Source: an uncultured Gammaproteobacteria bacterium
GTDB lineage: Bacteria > Patescibacteriota > Microgenomatia > UBA10105 > UBA927
Length of the DNA stretch: 42,817 nucleotides
Direction: 5' to 3'
Assembly: GCA_964461825.1 (NCBI GenBank)
Contig: CAYWVJ010000001.1
Coordinates: forward strand, 15,917-58,733
Within the stretch, counting starts at the first letter, position 1. Each line of letters begins with the position of its first letter. Shown here in pieces: positions 9,222 to 18,186 of this stretch. The notes beneath the pieces were generated by a model, which did no database searches, had not been told where the DNA came from, and saw only the letters and a list, made by a program, of their open reading frames with translations. A program made the position numbers and the translations under genes.

Positions 9222-10669
9222 TGCGTTGACCTAAAACTCTGCAGCGTATCGGTTATGCGCTTCTTTTCAAACACCCATACGAGCATCCCATACAGTATAA
9301 CACCCGCTAATCCCGTCGCGGTAAGCCACGCCACCGAATGCGGGACACGCGGAAGAAGTACGGCGTAAAATATGCTCTGGACTACCGCCGCGGCTAACGG
9401 CCGGATGACCCCCTGCCAGAACGAAAATTCGATAAACCGCTTTACCAAATACACGACGACGACGATTGACGTTGACACCGCAAGAAATGCCATGGGAACG
9501 CCGTTAAATCCGAACGGACGGATAAGTGTAAGGGTCAGCGCCCACGTTAAGACCGTCCACATGACCATCAGACCGAGCGTTACCTTGATTTTGCCGATGG
9601 CGTTTAGCGCGTTGGTGAGCGGCGTCGTAAGCCCGGCAAACACGGAGGTTATCGTAAGAAGATAAAAGGCGATGATGGCCGGTTCCCATTTTTCGTATTT
9701 CGGAATGACGGCAACGAGCGGTTTCACGAAAAACAAAAGTCCAACCGAGATGGGAAATATGCTTGCCGCAAGCCCGAACAGCGTTTTTTCAACGGCGGCC
9801 GTAAGATGTTTCCCGGATTCCTGCAACCGCGAAAAAGCGGGGAACGTGACGCGGATGACAGAATCCATGATGAGCCGCAGGGGCACTTCCGCCCACTTCT
9901 TTGCCCACCCGATGTACCCGACTTCGGAAAACGGCAGCACTTTTCCCAGAAACACCGTCAGAAGATCATCCTTAAGAAGTGCGATAAATCCGTTGAGCTG
10001 AAACGGTACGCCGAACCGAAGGAGCCGTTTGGCGACGTCGCGGGATATGTGCAGCCTTATCTTCCACGGTGAAACGATGTACATGGCAACGAGCCCGATA
10101 ACCGCACGCACGAGTACCGCCCAGCTGAAACTCACGATGCCTGCGCCGCGCCATGCCAAAACCACCGCCACCGTGTAAAATCCGAGCGTCTGGAGGATCT
10201 GCGGAATGATAAGTTTGTCAAACGCCAGTTTGCGCTCCAGCAGAATTGACGGAATGGTGGTAAGGGATGACAGAAAAAATGAAACGATAAGCGACCGCAG
10301 CAGCCACAATCCCGCGTTGTCCAGGTGATAAAAACCGGTAAGTTTCGCCGAAAACGAAAACGCGAGGATGACCGCAGTGCCGACCAGTATCTGCTGAATC
10401 GTAAATGTCGTCGCCAGATCCTCTTGGGTAAGCTCTTCTTTCTTTTGAATGAGTGCAGCCGCGAGCCCTATGTCCGCAAAATATCCCATGAAATTAATAA
10501 TTGCGGACACGACATAAAATACGCCGAATATCTGCGGACTCAAAAAAATCGTCAACAGGAATGTTGCCGCAAATGCAATGATCTGCAGCAAAAAGGTCCG
10601 GGACGTTAAGGCAACTACGCCGGTAAGCGACCGTTTTTTGATTACTGCGATGTCAATGTCTTCGCTCAT
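9218..10669 (-). CDS. Wzx-like oligosaccharide/polysaccharide flippase (MOP/PST superfamily)
   Basis: About 14 TM segments with a PST-type N-terminus: 'KKRSLTGVVALTSRTFLLQIIAF...LAAALIQKKE'. The ATG at 10669 is preferred because it has a GGAGA RBS. The ORF-track start at 10714 is TTG. Confidence 0.72.
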   Translation of the reverse strand: MSEDIDIAVIKKRSLTGVVALTSRTFLLQIIAFAATFLLTIFLSPQIFGVFYVVSAIINFMGYFADIGLAAALIQKKEELTQEDLATTFTIQQILVGTAVILAFSFSAKLTGFYHLDNAGLWLLRSLIVSFFLSSLTTIPSILLERKLAFDKLIIPQILQTLGFYTVAVVLAWRGAGIVSFSWAVLVRAVIGLVAMYIVSPWKIRLHISRDVAKRLLRFGVPFQLNGFIALLKDDLLTVFLGKVLPFSEVGYIGWAKKWAEVPLRLIMDSVIRVTFPAFSRLQESGKHLTAAVEKTLFGLAASIFPISVGLLFFVKPLVAVIPKYEKWEPAIIAFYLLTITSVFAGLTTPLTNALNAIGKIKVTLGLMVMWTVLTWALTLTLIRPFGFNGVPMAFLAVSTSIVVVVYLVKRFIEFSFWQGVIRPLAAAVVQSIFYAVLLPRVPHSVAWLTATGLAGVILYGMLVWVFEKKRITDTLQSFRSTQ

Positions 10670-11405
10670 AATGTCTCCACGGACGGGTGATGAATAATCG
10701 TTTAAGACCCGCAAGGTCTCCCTGTGCCGTTTTCATAACCCTCACCGTTGAACCCGGATTATCCGTCCATGTAACCGGCTCCTCGTATATCCGAAACCCG
10801 AGTTTTTCGGCGTTGATAAGGAGTTCGGTATCAAAAAACCACTCGTTATCCCGAATTCCGGGAATAAGCTCGCCTACGATCCTCCGGCTGACCGCCTTAA
10901 ACCCGCACTGCGCGTCAGAAAAATGAACCCAGAAAAAAAGTTTGATGAGCATTATGTACATTTTTGACGTAAACGTACGGAGCATACTCCTGCCGTAGAC
11001 ACGCGACCCGAATGCGTTCCTCGTACCGATTGCGACGTCGTATCCACGTGCAAGCGCACGGACTAACGGCGGAAAATGTTTAAGATCGGTGGAAAGATCA
11101 ACGTCCATGTATGCCTGCACCTGAGCGGGATCTTTTTGCCACACGTATTTTACCGCTCTCCCGCGTCCCTTTTCGGACAAATGAACCGCCAGAACATCAC
11201 GGTGGCGTTTCGCAATATCCTTCGCAATCGCAAACGTTTCATCCGTCGACGCGTTATCGGCAACGGTTATGTGCCAGTCAAAATCCCTGAGGTGCTGCGA
11301 AAGGTATGCCCGAAGCGTCGTAATGCTCGCAACTAATTCGCGCGCTTCATTGTATACCGGGACGACGATATTAACCGATGGTTTTTTTGTTTTTGTTTCT
11401 ATCAT
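10653..11405 (-). CDS. GT2 polyprenyl-phosphate sugar synthase-type transferase (Dpm1/GtrB-like)
   Basis: 'VVPVYNEA', 'VADNASTDET', 'DVDLSTD' and 'DAQCGFKA' form the signature of the DPM1/GtrB clade. Confidence 0.75.
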   Translation of the reverse strand: MIETKTKKPSVNIVVPVYNEARELVASITTLRAYLSQHLRDFDWHITVADNASTDETFAIAKDIAKRHRDVLAVHLSEKGRGRAVKYVWQKDPAQVQAYMDVDLSTDLKHFPPLVRALARGYDVAIGTRNAFGSRVYGRSMLRTFTSKMYIMLIKLFFWVHFSDAQCGFKAVSRRIVGELIPGIRDNEWFFDTELLINAEKLGFRIYEEPVTWTDNPGSTVRVMKTAQGDLAGLKRLFITRPWRHYERRH

Positions 11406-12984
11406 ACAAATATATGACGGCGCCCAGCGATATGAGACTCACGACATTGCCCACCGTCCGTACGGGCGTATTTCGGAACCGCATCTGGACGACGGTAAAA
11501 CCGGACGGGACCGTAAGCACCGGCAATCCGTCAACGAGTTTCGGCGCGACGGTATTTTCGTTCACCGTATACTGCCATCCGGGAAAATACGCACTGCGGA
11601 CGGTTACGTCATTGTCCCGGCCGGAACGGAACGAAAATTTTCTGTACGTATCCGATTGTTCCTCATAGGTAAGTTCATACGTATCCGACTGCGCAATTAT
11701 ATCCTTTTGTGTCTCCTGTTCGTTCGTCGGCCGTTTAACCGCCGGCGGAAGGTATTCGTCTGAAATTCCGGATGCGCGCCAGCGGATGTCCGTCGCCGTC
11801 TCAAAATCCGCGGCGTTTCGTTCATATATATATTGCGGCGTAAACCATTTTGCCTCTACCCATAAAACGGCGGTAATTGTTACGGCGGCGGCAAGCACGC
11901 GGATGACGCTGCGCTTACTTATATATACAACGCCCGCCCCCGACAGCGAAATGCCGAACATCGCAAACGCCAAAAATCGCCACGGATACTGAACGAAGGC
12001 AAACAGCGGGATCACTTCCCAAAGTCTGGCGGAAACCGGAAGCGTAAAAAATGCAGCCGCGAGAAATATGAACGCACCGGCAAACGCGAACCAACGAAAC
12101 CTGCGCGTCCGGATGTACCAGATTACCGCTGCGGCAAGTCCTGCAATCGCCGCAATCACGTGCACTTTCCCCACTTTCAGGGAAAATCCGTCAAGACATC
12201 CGGGCGCTGATCCGCCGAAACCCCACGGCGAATTCCAAAGCTGCGGAAGGCACACGAAATGATCGCGAAAGTCCGCGGATTTCCCGATGACGCTTGCTAC
12301 GTTCGTAAGGTTCATTTCTGCAAGCGCGGGCAACCAGAAAAATGCCGACAATCCAAGCCCGATGACTACCGACAGAATAACCGTCCTGTTGAGCCGCGCC
12401 GCAAGGACCGCGGGCAGCACAAATACCATCCCTGCATATCCTAAAACCGTATGCGAAAGAATAAGGCCCGCGATACCCAATGAACCGGTAATCAGCCGCT
12501 TTTTCCAAAATCCCCAAAATATAAGCGGCAGGAATACAAGCACCCAATACTCTCCGACCGCACCGCGGACATATGCATCAACCGCGTGATACGGCGCATA
12601 CAGATAAAGAACGGCGGAAAGTATCCCAGCCGAAATTCCGGCAATGTCGGAAACTGCCGCGTACATGGTTACGCCTGCGGCTACAAGTCCTATTCCCATC
12701 ATGAGTTTTGTCGCCGTCAGCCCGGAGAAACCCAGCGCGTAAAAGAAACCCCCGACATAATACGGCAAAGGTCCGTAAAAATTAAAGAGCGGATACCCCA
12801 GACCGTACCCCAGTTCGCTCACCCACCGCACGGGAAACTGCCCCTGCCGCAAAGCCCTTCCCATCTCCACCACGCGCGCGACCTGCGTGTCGTCGTGCAT
12901 CGGAAAATATCCGCGCCCAACGAGAGGTTTAACCACCCACCAGGAAAGAATAAGAACGATGACAAATCCCATTATTCGTTTCAT
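11371..12984 (-). CDS. Divergent YfhO-like/GT-C-like polytopic membrane protein, tandem paralog A
   Basis: Multi-TM. The N-terminal loop is 'MHDDTQVARVVEMGRALRQGQFPVRWVSELGYGLGYPLFNFYGP'. The C-terminal 'YFPGWQYTVNE...VPSGFTVVQMRF' resembles the YfhO C-terminal module. The ATG at 12984 gives an ATGA overlap with the upstream stop. Confidence 0.6.
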   Translation of the reverse strand: MKRIMGFVIVLILSWWVVKPLVGRGYFPMHDDTQVARVVEMGRALRQGQFPVRWVSELGYGLGYPLFNFYGPLPYYVGGFFYALGFSGLTATKLMMGIGLVAAGVTMYAAVSDIAGISAGILSAVLYLYAPYHAVDAYVRGAVGEYWVLVFLPLIFWGFWKKRLITGSLGIAGLILSHTVLGYAGMVFVLPAVLAARLNRTVILSVVIGLGLSAFFWLPALAEMNLTNVASVIGKSADFRDHFVCLPQLWNSPWGFGGSAPGCLDGFSLKVGKVHVIAAIAGLAAAVIWYIRTRRFRWFAFAGAFIFLAAAFFTLPVSARLWEVIPLFAFVQYPWRFLAFAMFGISLSGAGVVYISKRSVIRVLAAAVTITAVLWVEAKWFTPQYIYERNAADFETATDIRWRASGISDEYLPPAVKRPTNEQETQKDIIAQSDTYELTYEEQSDTYRKFSFRSGRDNDVTVRSAYFPGWQYTVNENTVAPKLVDGLPVLTVPSGFTVVQMRFRNTPVRTVGNVVSLISLGAVIYLYDRNKNKKTIG

Positions 12985-14501
12985 TTTCTTTTTCGTCGGA
13001 TCGTCTGCGCAACGACCCATCCGACATAGGTCACGGCGCTGCCCAACGACAGCGCATCCGCCAAAAAGCGCGAAATCGTCTCACGAAATGAAACAACCAG
13101 CCTGTGCGTCCCTGCGGGCACCGGAATGCGCATAACGCTTTCATTATTGGAGTAATCAATGCGCACTTTTTCATCGTCAAGCGTCGCTCCCCAGCCGGGA
13201 TAATAAATTGCGTTAATTTGTATTATGCTCGCCTCCGCCGCTACCACCGTCGCATCGATTGTTTGAGTATTTACTGTCCGCGGGGTAATAGTTCCCTGAC
13301 CCGAATAAAAAAGTATCCGTTCTCGGGCGCGTGCGGTCGGTTTTCTCATAACCCATTTGGGCATATACTCATCACGCACCGTCGTGGTTGCTTCGTTCGT
13401 CGCATAAAACCCCTCAGGTAAAAAAGTGTAGCGAACCGACCCGAGTGTTGAAAATACATTCCACGCGCCGATCCCGATAAAAACGGCAGTAAGCGCAATG
13501 CGGAAAAACGTTTTGCCATGCTGGAGGGCAAATGCGGCAGCCCACGCGCCCGCGATAATGCTAACCGACAAAAACCGATACGGAAACTGCACCATACGGG
13601 CGAACCACCGCACCTGCCAAAGCGGGCCGCTTACCGGCAATGTCAATACGGTGACAAGTCCGATGACTGCGGCAAAAAAAATCTTTTCCCGGCGAAAACG
13701 TTTCGGGACAGCAAGCGCTACCAATGCCGCAATAATTCCGGCTGGACCCAACAGCATCGCGTTGTTGCCGCCGACGAAATACTGCCGCGGATCCGAAACG
13801 GTAACGGCGTCAAATATAACGTATTTCCGTTCGTAGATGGCCGGAAGCCAGAAAAATGCCGCCATCCCCACGCCCGCCGCAAATGCAAACAAAAATTCCC
13901 GCCACGCCTTCAGCATGGTGATGTAGAAAACGAAAAAAACGGTAAACAGGAGCGCAACGGAATTATGACTGACGATAAGAAACGGTACCGAAAGCCCGAA
14001 TAACCACGCCCGCCGCGACGCGATGCTGTACGTGCCGACTGCGCCCGCAAATATCGCCAGCACTTCTCCCACAGACCCGCGGCTATAGATATCAAACAGA
14101 AGATACGGTGCGGTAACGAATGTAAACGCGCCGATTGCCGCGGCCGCGGCATGAAAATATTTTTTTAACCATAAAAAAATAAACAGTGTTGACCCGATCA
14201 CCGATCCGGCAATAATTATTTTAACCGTTTCCACAAACGGGATGCCGGCGGCGCGGATGATCGACCCGATGTACATGAATCCCGGGTAAAGAAAATTCGC
14301 GACCGGATACCCGTATCCGTAATTGAGTCTTCCCAAAAACCGCACGGGAAACTGCCCCTCACGGAAACTTTGATAAAATGCCGAAAGCCGTATAACCATC
14401 CAGCTCCCGTCATCCGATACAAAAAATCCCGGACGCGCAAGCGGCCAGACGACAAACAAAACTGCCGCAATAACGAGTAAGAAAAACGCGAGTTTTTTCA
14501 T
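12981..14501 (-). CDS. Divergent YfhO-like/GT-C-like polytopic membrane protein, tandem paralog B
   Basis: 'SDDGSWMVIRLSAFYQSFREGQFPVRFLGRLNYGYGYPVANFLYP' aligns by eye to paralog A. The C-terminus is 'YYPGWGATLDDEK...VPAGTHRLVVSF'. The start is moved to the ATG at 14501 (MKKLAFF), giving an ATGA overlap. Confidence 0.6.
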   Translation of the reverse strand: MKKLAFFLLVIAAVLFVVWPLARPGFFVSDDGSWMVIRLSAFYQSFREGQFPVRFLGRLNYGYGYPVANFLYPGFMYIGSIIRAAGIPFVETVKIIIAGSVIGSTLFIFLWLKKYFHAAAAAIGAFTFVTAPYLLFDIYSRGSVGEVLAIFAGAVGTYSIASRRAWLFGLSVPFLIVSHNSVALLFTVFFVFYITMLKAWREFLFAFAAGVGMAAFFWLPAIYERKYVIFDAVTVSDPRQYFVGGNNAMLLGPAGIIAALVALAVPKRFRREKIFFAAVIGLVTVLTLPVSGPLWQVRWFARMVQFPYRFLSVSIIAGAWAAAFALQHGKTFFRIALTAVFIGIGAWNVFSTLGSVRYTFLPEGFYATNEATTTVRDEYMPKWVMRKPTARARERILFYSGQGTITPRTVNTQTIDATVVAAEASIIQINAIYYPGWGATLDDEKVRIDYSNNESVMRIPVPAGTHRLVVSFRETISRFLADALSLGSAVTYVGWVVAQTIRRKRK

Positions 14502-15973
14502 GATTTGCGGGCAGACGGCGGAATAACTTCCAACAGTCTCATGTACACGTTTGTCCGCTTCCCTTTTTCCCATATGCCTACAACCTTCACCGGCCAATCC
14601 TCAGGGATAAACTGTCGCTGATTTATCACCAGGAATGTCGGCTTCGTTTTTGCCGAAGCAAGAACGTCTTTCGGAAAATCGTTGGTAAGCGGATAAATGC
14701 CCTGTATGCGAACGCGCGGATTATCGACAAGGTATATTTCGATGGCATAGGGCAGAAGACCGAATGTCCCGTCCGTATAAACCGCGATGTTCCCTTTGGC
14801 AGCCTCTTTGGTTAATATCGCGTTTACCTCCGGTATTCCCCACCCTGACGGCCAGCTGTCGATATACTGGCCGGCGTCCGCCTGAGGGATGGGCGCGTAG
14901 AGCGGATTGACGATGAGGTAATAATCCGTATACACGCTGCCAAAAAGCAAAACGACGATCGCCGCCCACCGCCACACGGAATTTTTCCAGTGATCCCACA
15001 TCCAAACGATAAACAGCGCGGCCAGCATGATAAGGGGCAAAACCATAAACAAAATAAACCGCGGATAGAGCACTTTGCCGTCGACCGCAAGCGCGAAAAA
15101 CGGCGCAAACCACCAGCCCAGAAGCAATAGTTTTTCCCTCGTCCGCTTCCACAGGGAGAAACCTGAGAGCAGTGCGGCGGCAAACACCGGCCACGTCAGA
15201 TATCCGATCGCCCAATCAAGTAGTCCTCTGATGTTGCCGTATAAAAAGGTAAACGGATGGGTTTTCCATTCTGCGAAGGAATACACGAACACGTTATCTT
15301 TCTGCGCGATCATCGCAAACAGCGGTGAGAGCCGGAGTATGCTGTACATCGCCTGGGAAACAACGGCAGCGATAACGGCCAGCACCGCCCATTTCCAAAA
15401 CTTTTTTACGCCCAAAACCAGCGTACCCGGAAGCATGTAAAGACTTAAAAATCCCGACGTTTTATTGAGCATTCCCAAACCCAGGCTTATACCCAGAAGA
15501 AGCGCGGCGTCAAGCCGTAACCGCCGCACCAAAAGGACGGCCAGATACAGACTCCAGATTGACAATGCCGCCGAAAGTGAATCGTAGAGGGCCATCCGGT
15601 CGTATACGAGACCGAACGGAATTAGAACGTAGAGAAAACTTGCGGCGAATGCGGCCTTTTGACTTTTGAACAGTTCTTTTGTCGCAACCCACAGCCCCGC
15701 CATCGTAAATAATCCCGCGAGTACGCTCACGAGCCTGCCGGCCAGCAGCGGATCGCGGATAATGCGCAGAAGAACCATCATAATCCACGTAAACAGCGGC
15801 TGTTTGCCGTCCACCATCGAGATAAACCGCCAGTTGGCGTCGCGGCTCCCGATCTGTGCCCAGCGGATGTAAATGGCCTCATCCGTAAAAATGGGAAGTG
15901 CAGTGAGGTTCGTAAGCCGCGTGGCGAGGTACAACACGATAAGCCCCAGGGCAACAAGTACGGTTTTCTTCAT
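14498..15973 (-). CDS. ArnT/PMT-like (GT39/GT83-type) GT-C membrane glycosyltransferase
   Basis: Multi-TM. The first periplasmic loop 'LPIFTDEAIYIRWAQ' carries the DE motif of the PMT_2/ArnT family. The ATG at 15973 is preferred over the TTG at 15982. Confidence 0.72.
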   Translation of the reverse strand: MKKTVLVALGLIVLYLATRLTNLTALPIFTDEAIYIRWAQIGSRDANWRFISMVDGKQPLFTWIMMVLLRIIRDPLLAGRLVSVLAGLFTMAGLWVATKELFKSQKAAFAASFLYVLIPFGLVYDRMALYDSLSAALSIWSLYLAVLLVRRLRLDAALLLGISLGLGMLNKTSGFLSLYMLPGTLVLGVKKFWKWAVLAVIAAVVSQAMYSILRLSPLFAMIAQKDNVFVYSFAEWKTHPFTFLYGNIRGLLDWAIGYLTWPVFAAALLSGFSLWKRTREKLLLLGWWFAPFFALAVDGKVLYPRFILFMVLPLIMLAALFIVWMWDHWKNSVWRWAAIVVLLFGSVYTDYYLIVNPLYAPIPQADAGQYIDSWPSGWGIPEVNAILTKEAAKGNIAVYTDGTFGLLPYAIEIYLVDNPRVRIQGIYPLTNDFPKDVLASAKTKPTFLVINQRQFIPEDWPVKVVGIWEKGKRTNVYMRLLEVIPPSARKS

Positions 15974-15996
15974 GCTCTTCAATTATATCCGAAGCC

Positions 15997-16347
15997 TCAC
16001 GGAGCCTGCAAATGAAGATGTTTTTCGATTTTATCAATTCTGTCCCCATGATCAGTAAGTTTTGTTGAATTCATTTCTTGTTGACCGCGATACGTCGTTA
16101 TCTCACCAGCAATTTTATCCACTTTTTCGTAAATACTATCAAGAACGTCAAGTTTATGCTTTAAACCTCCAAGATCTCTTAAGTTTTGTTCATTTTCCTG
16201 AATAATTCTCGCAGCATCATTTACCCTATCCATTTTACCGGATATTTCATCAACTTTTTTTGACAGGGTATTTACTTTCGCGGGCAATCCGATAAGTTTT
16301 GCTTTTTTAATCTCATCTCGGACAATTTGAGAAACTGTTTTTTTCAT
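15997..16347 (-). CDS. 116-aa all-helical coiled-coil protein, unknown function (low GC)
   Basis: The ATG at 16347 opens 'MKKTVSQIVRDEIKK...'. Heptad-like repeats are present ('KVDEISGKMDRV', 'KLDVLDSIYEKVDKI', 'RIDKIEKHL') and there is no TM segment. Two 60-nt hand samples give about 33-38% GC. The upstream part of ORF 15997-16656 overlaps the neighbouring gene and was discarded. Confidence 0.55.
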   Translation of the reverse strand: MKKTVSQIVRDEIKKAKLIGLPAKVNTLSKKVDEISGKMDRVNDAARIIQENEQNLRDLGGLKHKLDVLDSIYEKVDKIAGEITTYRGQQEMNSTKLTDHGDRIDKIEKHLHLQAP

Positions 16348-16355
16348 TACATCCA

Positions 16356-17450
16356 CTATAGCAGTTTTTTCCCAAAAAGAAACCCTACCGCGAGGGCTGT
16401 AGGAATAATGACGAGCCATGCTTCGACAGCCGGCACCGGCGGATTGTACCCTCCGGTATACAGATACGGCGCGTACCGCAGAAGAAAACCCATGGATACG
16501 CCGATACTGATCATCGTGAGCCGCTTTGCCCGCGGCAGCAGCGCAACCCACGGCAGAAACCAGATCATGTACCACGGCTGGATTTCGCGGCCGGTAACCA
16601 AAAGAAACGCGACAAATCCGATGAGCGTTGCCCCAAGCGCCCACGTGCGCTGCCATCCTGCGAGAAATACCGGCACGAGCGAGACGGTCATAATTTTCGT
16701 TGCAATGGAAGCGGACAAGACAACAAACGATGCGAGCCGTTTCCGGTGGATGTACGCATAATACGATCCCATCGCAAACGCCATCATCACGATATCGTTG
16801 TGCGCGGACACGAGCGATTCAAAAATCACGAGCGGATTGAGCGCAAACACCGCAACACCCCGTACGGCATGCTCGCGGTCGAGGTCTGCAAGAATTTTGT
16901 ATATGAAAAATGAGGTGGCAAGATAGGCGACGACCGCAAGCAATTTAAAACTCCAGAGAATTCCCAAGAAATATCCGAATCCCAGGAGGTAAAACGGCAG
17001 TGTCAAAAGTATCCAAAACGGGGAAAAAACGCTCGGGATATGCGTCCAGCGCATGAACGAAAGCCACGGCTCGACGCCGGAAAACGCAAGCGGTATCACG
17101 CTGTACGGTAATTTGTGATACACGAGAACTGTTTTTGCATCGAACATGTAGTTAAAAATATCGTACGAAAACGCGGGATACGAAAAAAGCAAAATGACCG
17201 CCATGGGGATGATGATTTTCCAGATCTGCAGGTTTTTTCGGCGAAGCGCCGCCCAGTACAACGAAAAAAACAGCACGACGAGAAGGATAAACAGCGCGGT
17301 AGCAAGCGGCCGTTGATACCAACCAACGTACTGAAACGTTTTTTCGAGCGTCTGAAAAACGCTCATGCGCGATAACGTCAGCGAAAGATCAACCTGCGTG
17401 TAGGAATAGAGAAAGAGAAAGACCGATGCGATGACATACAAACTACCCAT
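16356..17450 (-). CDS. Polytopic membrane protein, possible GT-C (DUF2029/GT87-like)
   Basis: 364 aa with at least 9 TM segments. An early loop 'PAFSYDIFNYMFDAK' carries a conserved-looking Asp. The start is at ATG 17450 (MGSLYV). The family call is weak. Confidence 0.5.
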   Translation of the reverse strand: MGSLYVIASVFLFLYSYTQVDLSLTLSRMSVFQTLEKTFQYVGWYQRPLATALFILLVVLFFSLYWAALRRKNLQIWKIIIPMAVILLFSYPAFSYDIFNYMFDAKTVLVYHKLPYSVIPLAFSGVEPWLSFMRWTHIPSVFSPFWILLTLPFYLLGFGYFLGILWSFKLLAVVAYLATSFFIYKILADLDREHAVRGVAVFALNPLVIFESLVSAHNDIVMMAFAMGSYYAYIHRKRLASFVVLSASIATKIMTVSLVPVFLAGWQRTWALGATLIGFVAFLLVTGREIQPWYMIWFLPWVALLPRAKRLTMISIGVSMGFLLRYAPYLYTGGYNPPVPAVEAWLVIIPTALAVGFLFGKKLL

Positions 17451-18186
17451 ACATGCCGCGCCAGGCATTGACGCGGATCGAGACAATGTCCGAGAGCCCC
17501 TGCCATGAGTCAATAACCGGATTGACCCGCCTCGTTTCTACGTAGTGCCACTCAACCGGTACCTCCTTAATTTTATACCCGAGTTTTTTCGCCAGAAACA
17601 GGACTTCTATGTCAAATCCCGCGGTAACCATGGAGCCGGAAACCGAATGCCCGCGGCCATAAAGTTTCAGCCTGCCGAAAATATCGTGCGCAACGCCGCG
17701 CCGGAACGCTTTAAATCCGCACTGGGTATCTTTGATGCCATTGAGTCCTAATATAAGACTCCGCAGCAGCATGAATCCGCCCGCCATGATGCGCCGCGTG
17801 GCCGGCGCGCCTTTTCTGCCGCTCCGCGACCCGATGACCACGTCGAATCCTCGGTCAAACCACGGCAGCGCATTGTCTAGTTCACTGATCGGCGTGGCCT
17901 GATCCAAATCGGTAAACAGCACAACGTCTCCGCGCGCGGCGAGCATGCCGCGTATCACCGTTGCCGCTTTGCCCTGATGGGCATTATGGATGACGGTAAA
18001 ATGCCGGTTATTCCCGACGAATTCGTCTAGAAGCTGCGGCGTTTCGTCACTCGATCCGTCGTCCACGATGATCGCTTCCCAGCTGTAGCGCTGCTTTACC
18101 AGATAATGCACCACCTTTTCCAGCGCTCCGAGCCGGATATTTGTTTCCTCATTATACGCAGGTATGACGACGGAAAGTTTCATCAT
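17443..18186 (-). CDS. GT2 polyprenyl-phosphate sugar synthase-type transferase (Dpm1/GtrB-like)
   Basis: 'VVIPAYNEE', 'IVDDGSSDET', 'FTDLDQATP' and 'DTQCGFKAF'. It forms an ATGA overlap with the upstream stop. Confidence 0.8.
   Translation of the reverse strand: MMKLSVVIPAYNEETNIRLGALEKVVHYLVKQRYSWEAIIVDDGSSDETPQLLDEFVGNNRHFTVIHNAHQGKAATVIRGMLAARGDVVLFTDLDQATPISELDNALPWFDRGFDVVIGSRSGRKGAPATRRIMAGGFMLLRSLILGLNGIKDTQCGFKAFRRGVAHDIFGRLKLYGRGHSVSGSMVTAGFDIEVLFLAKKLGYKIKEVPVEWHYVETRRVNPVIDSWQGLSDIVSIRVNAWRGMYG

Noticed and set aside
16348-16656. Upstream 103 codons of ORF 15997-16656.
   Set aside because: This part overlaps the 3' end of the membrane gene at 16356-17450 in another frame and has high-GC, Arg/Ala-rich composition. 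Only the low-GC distal part from the ATG at 16347 looks like a gene.
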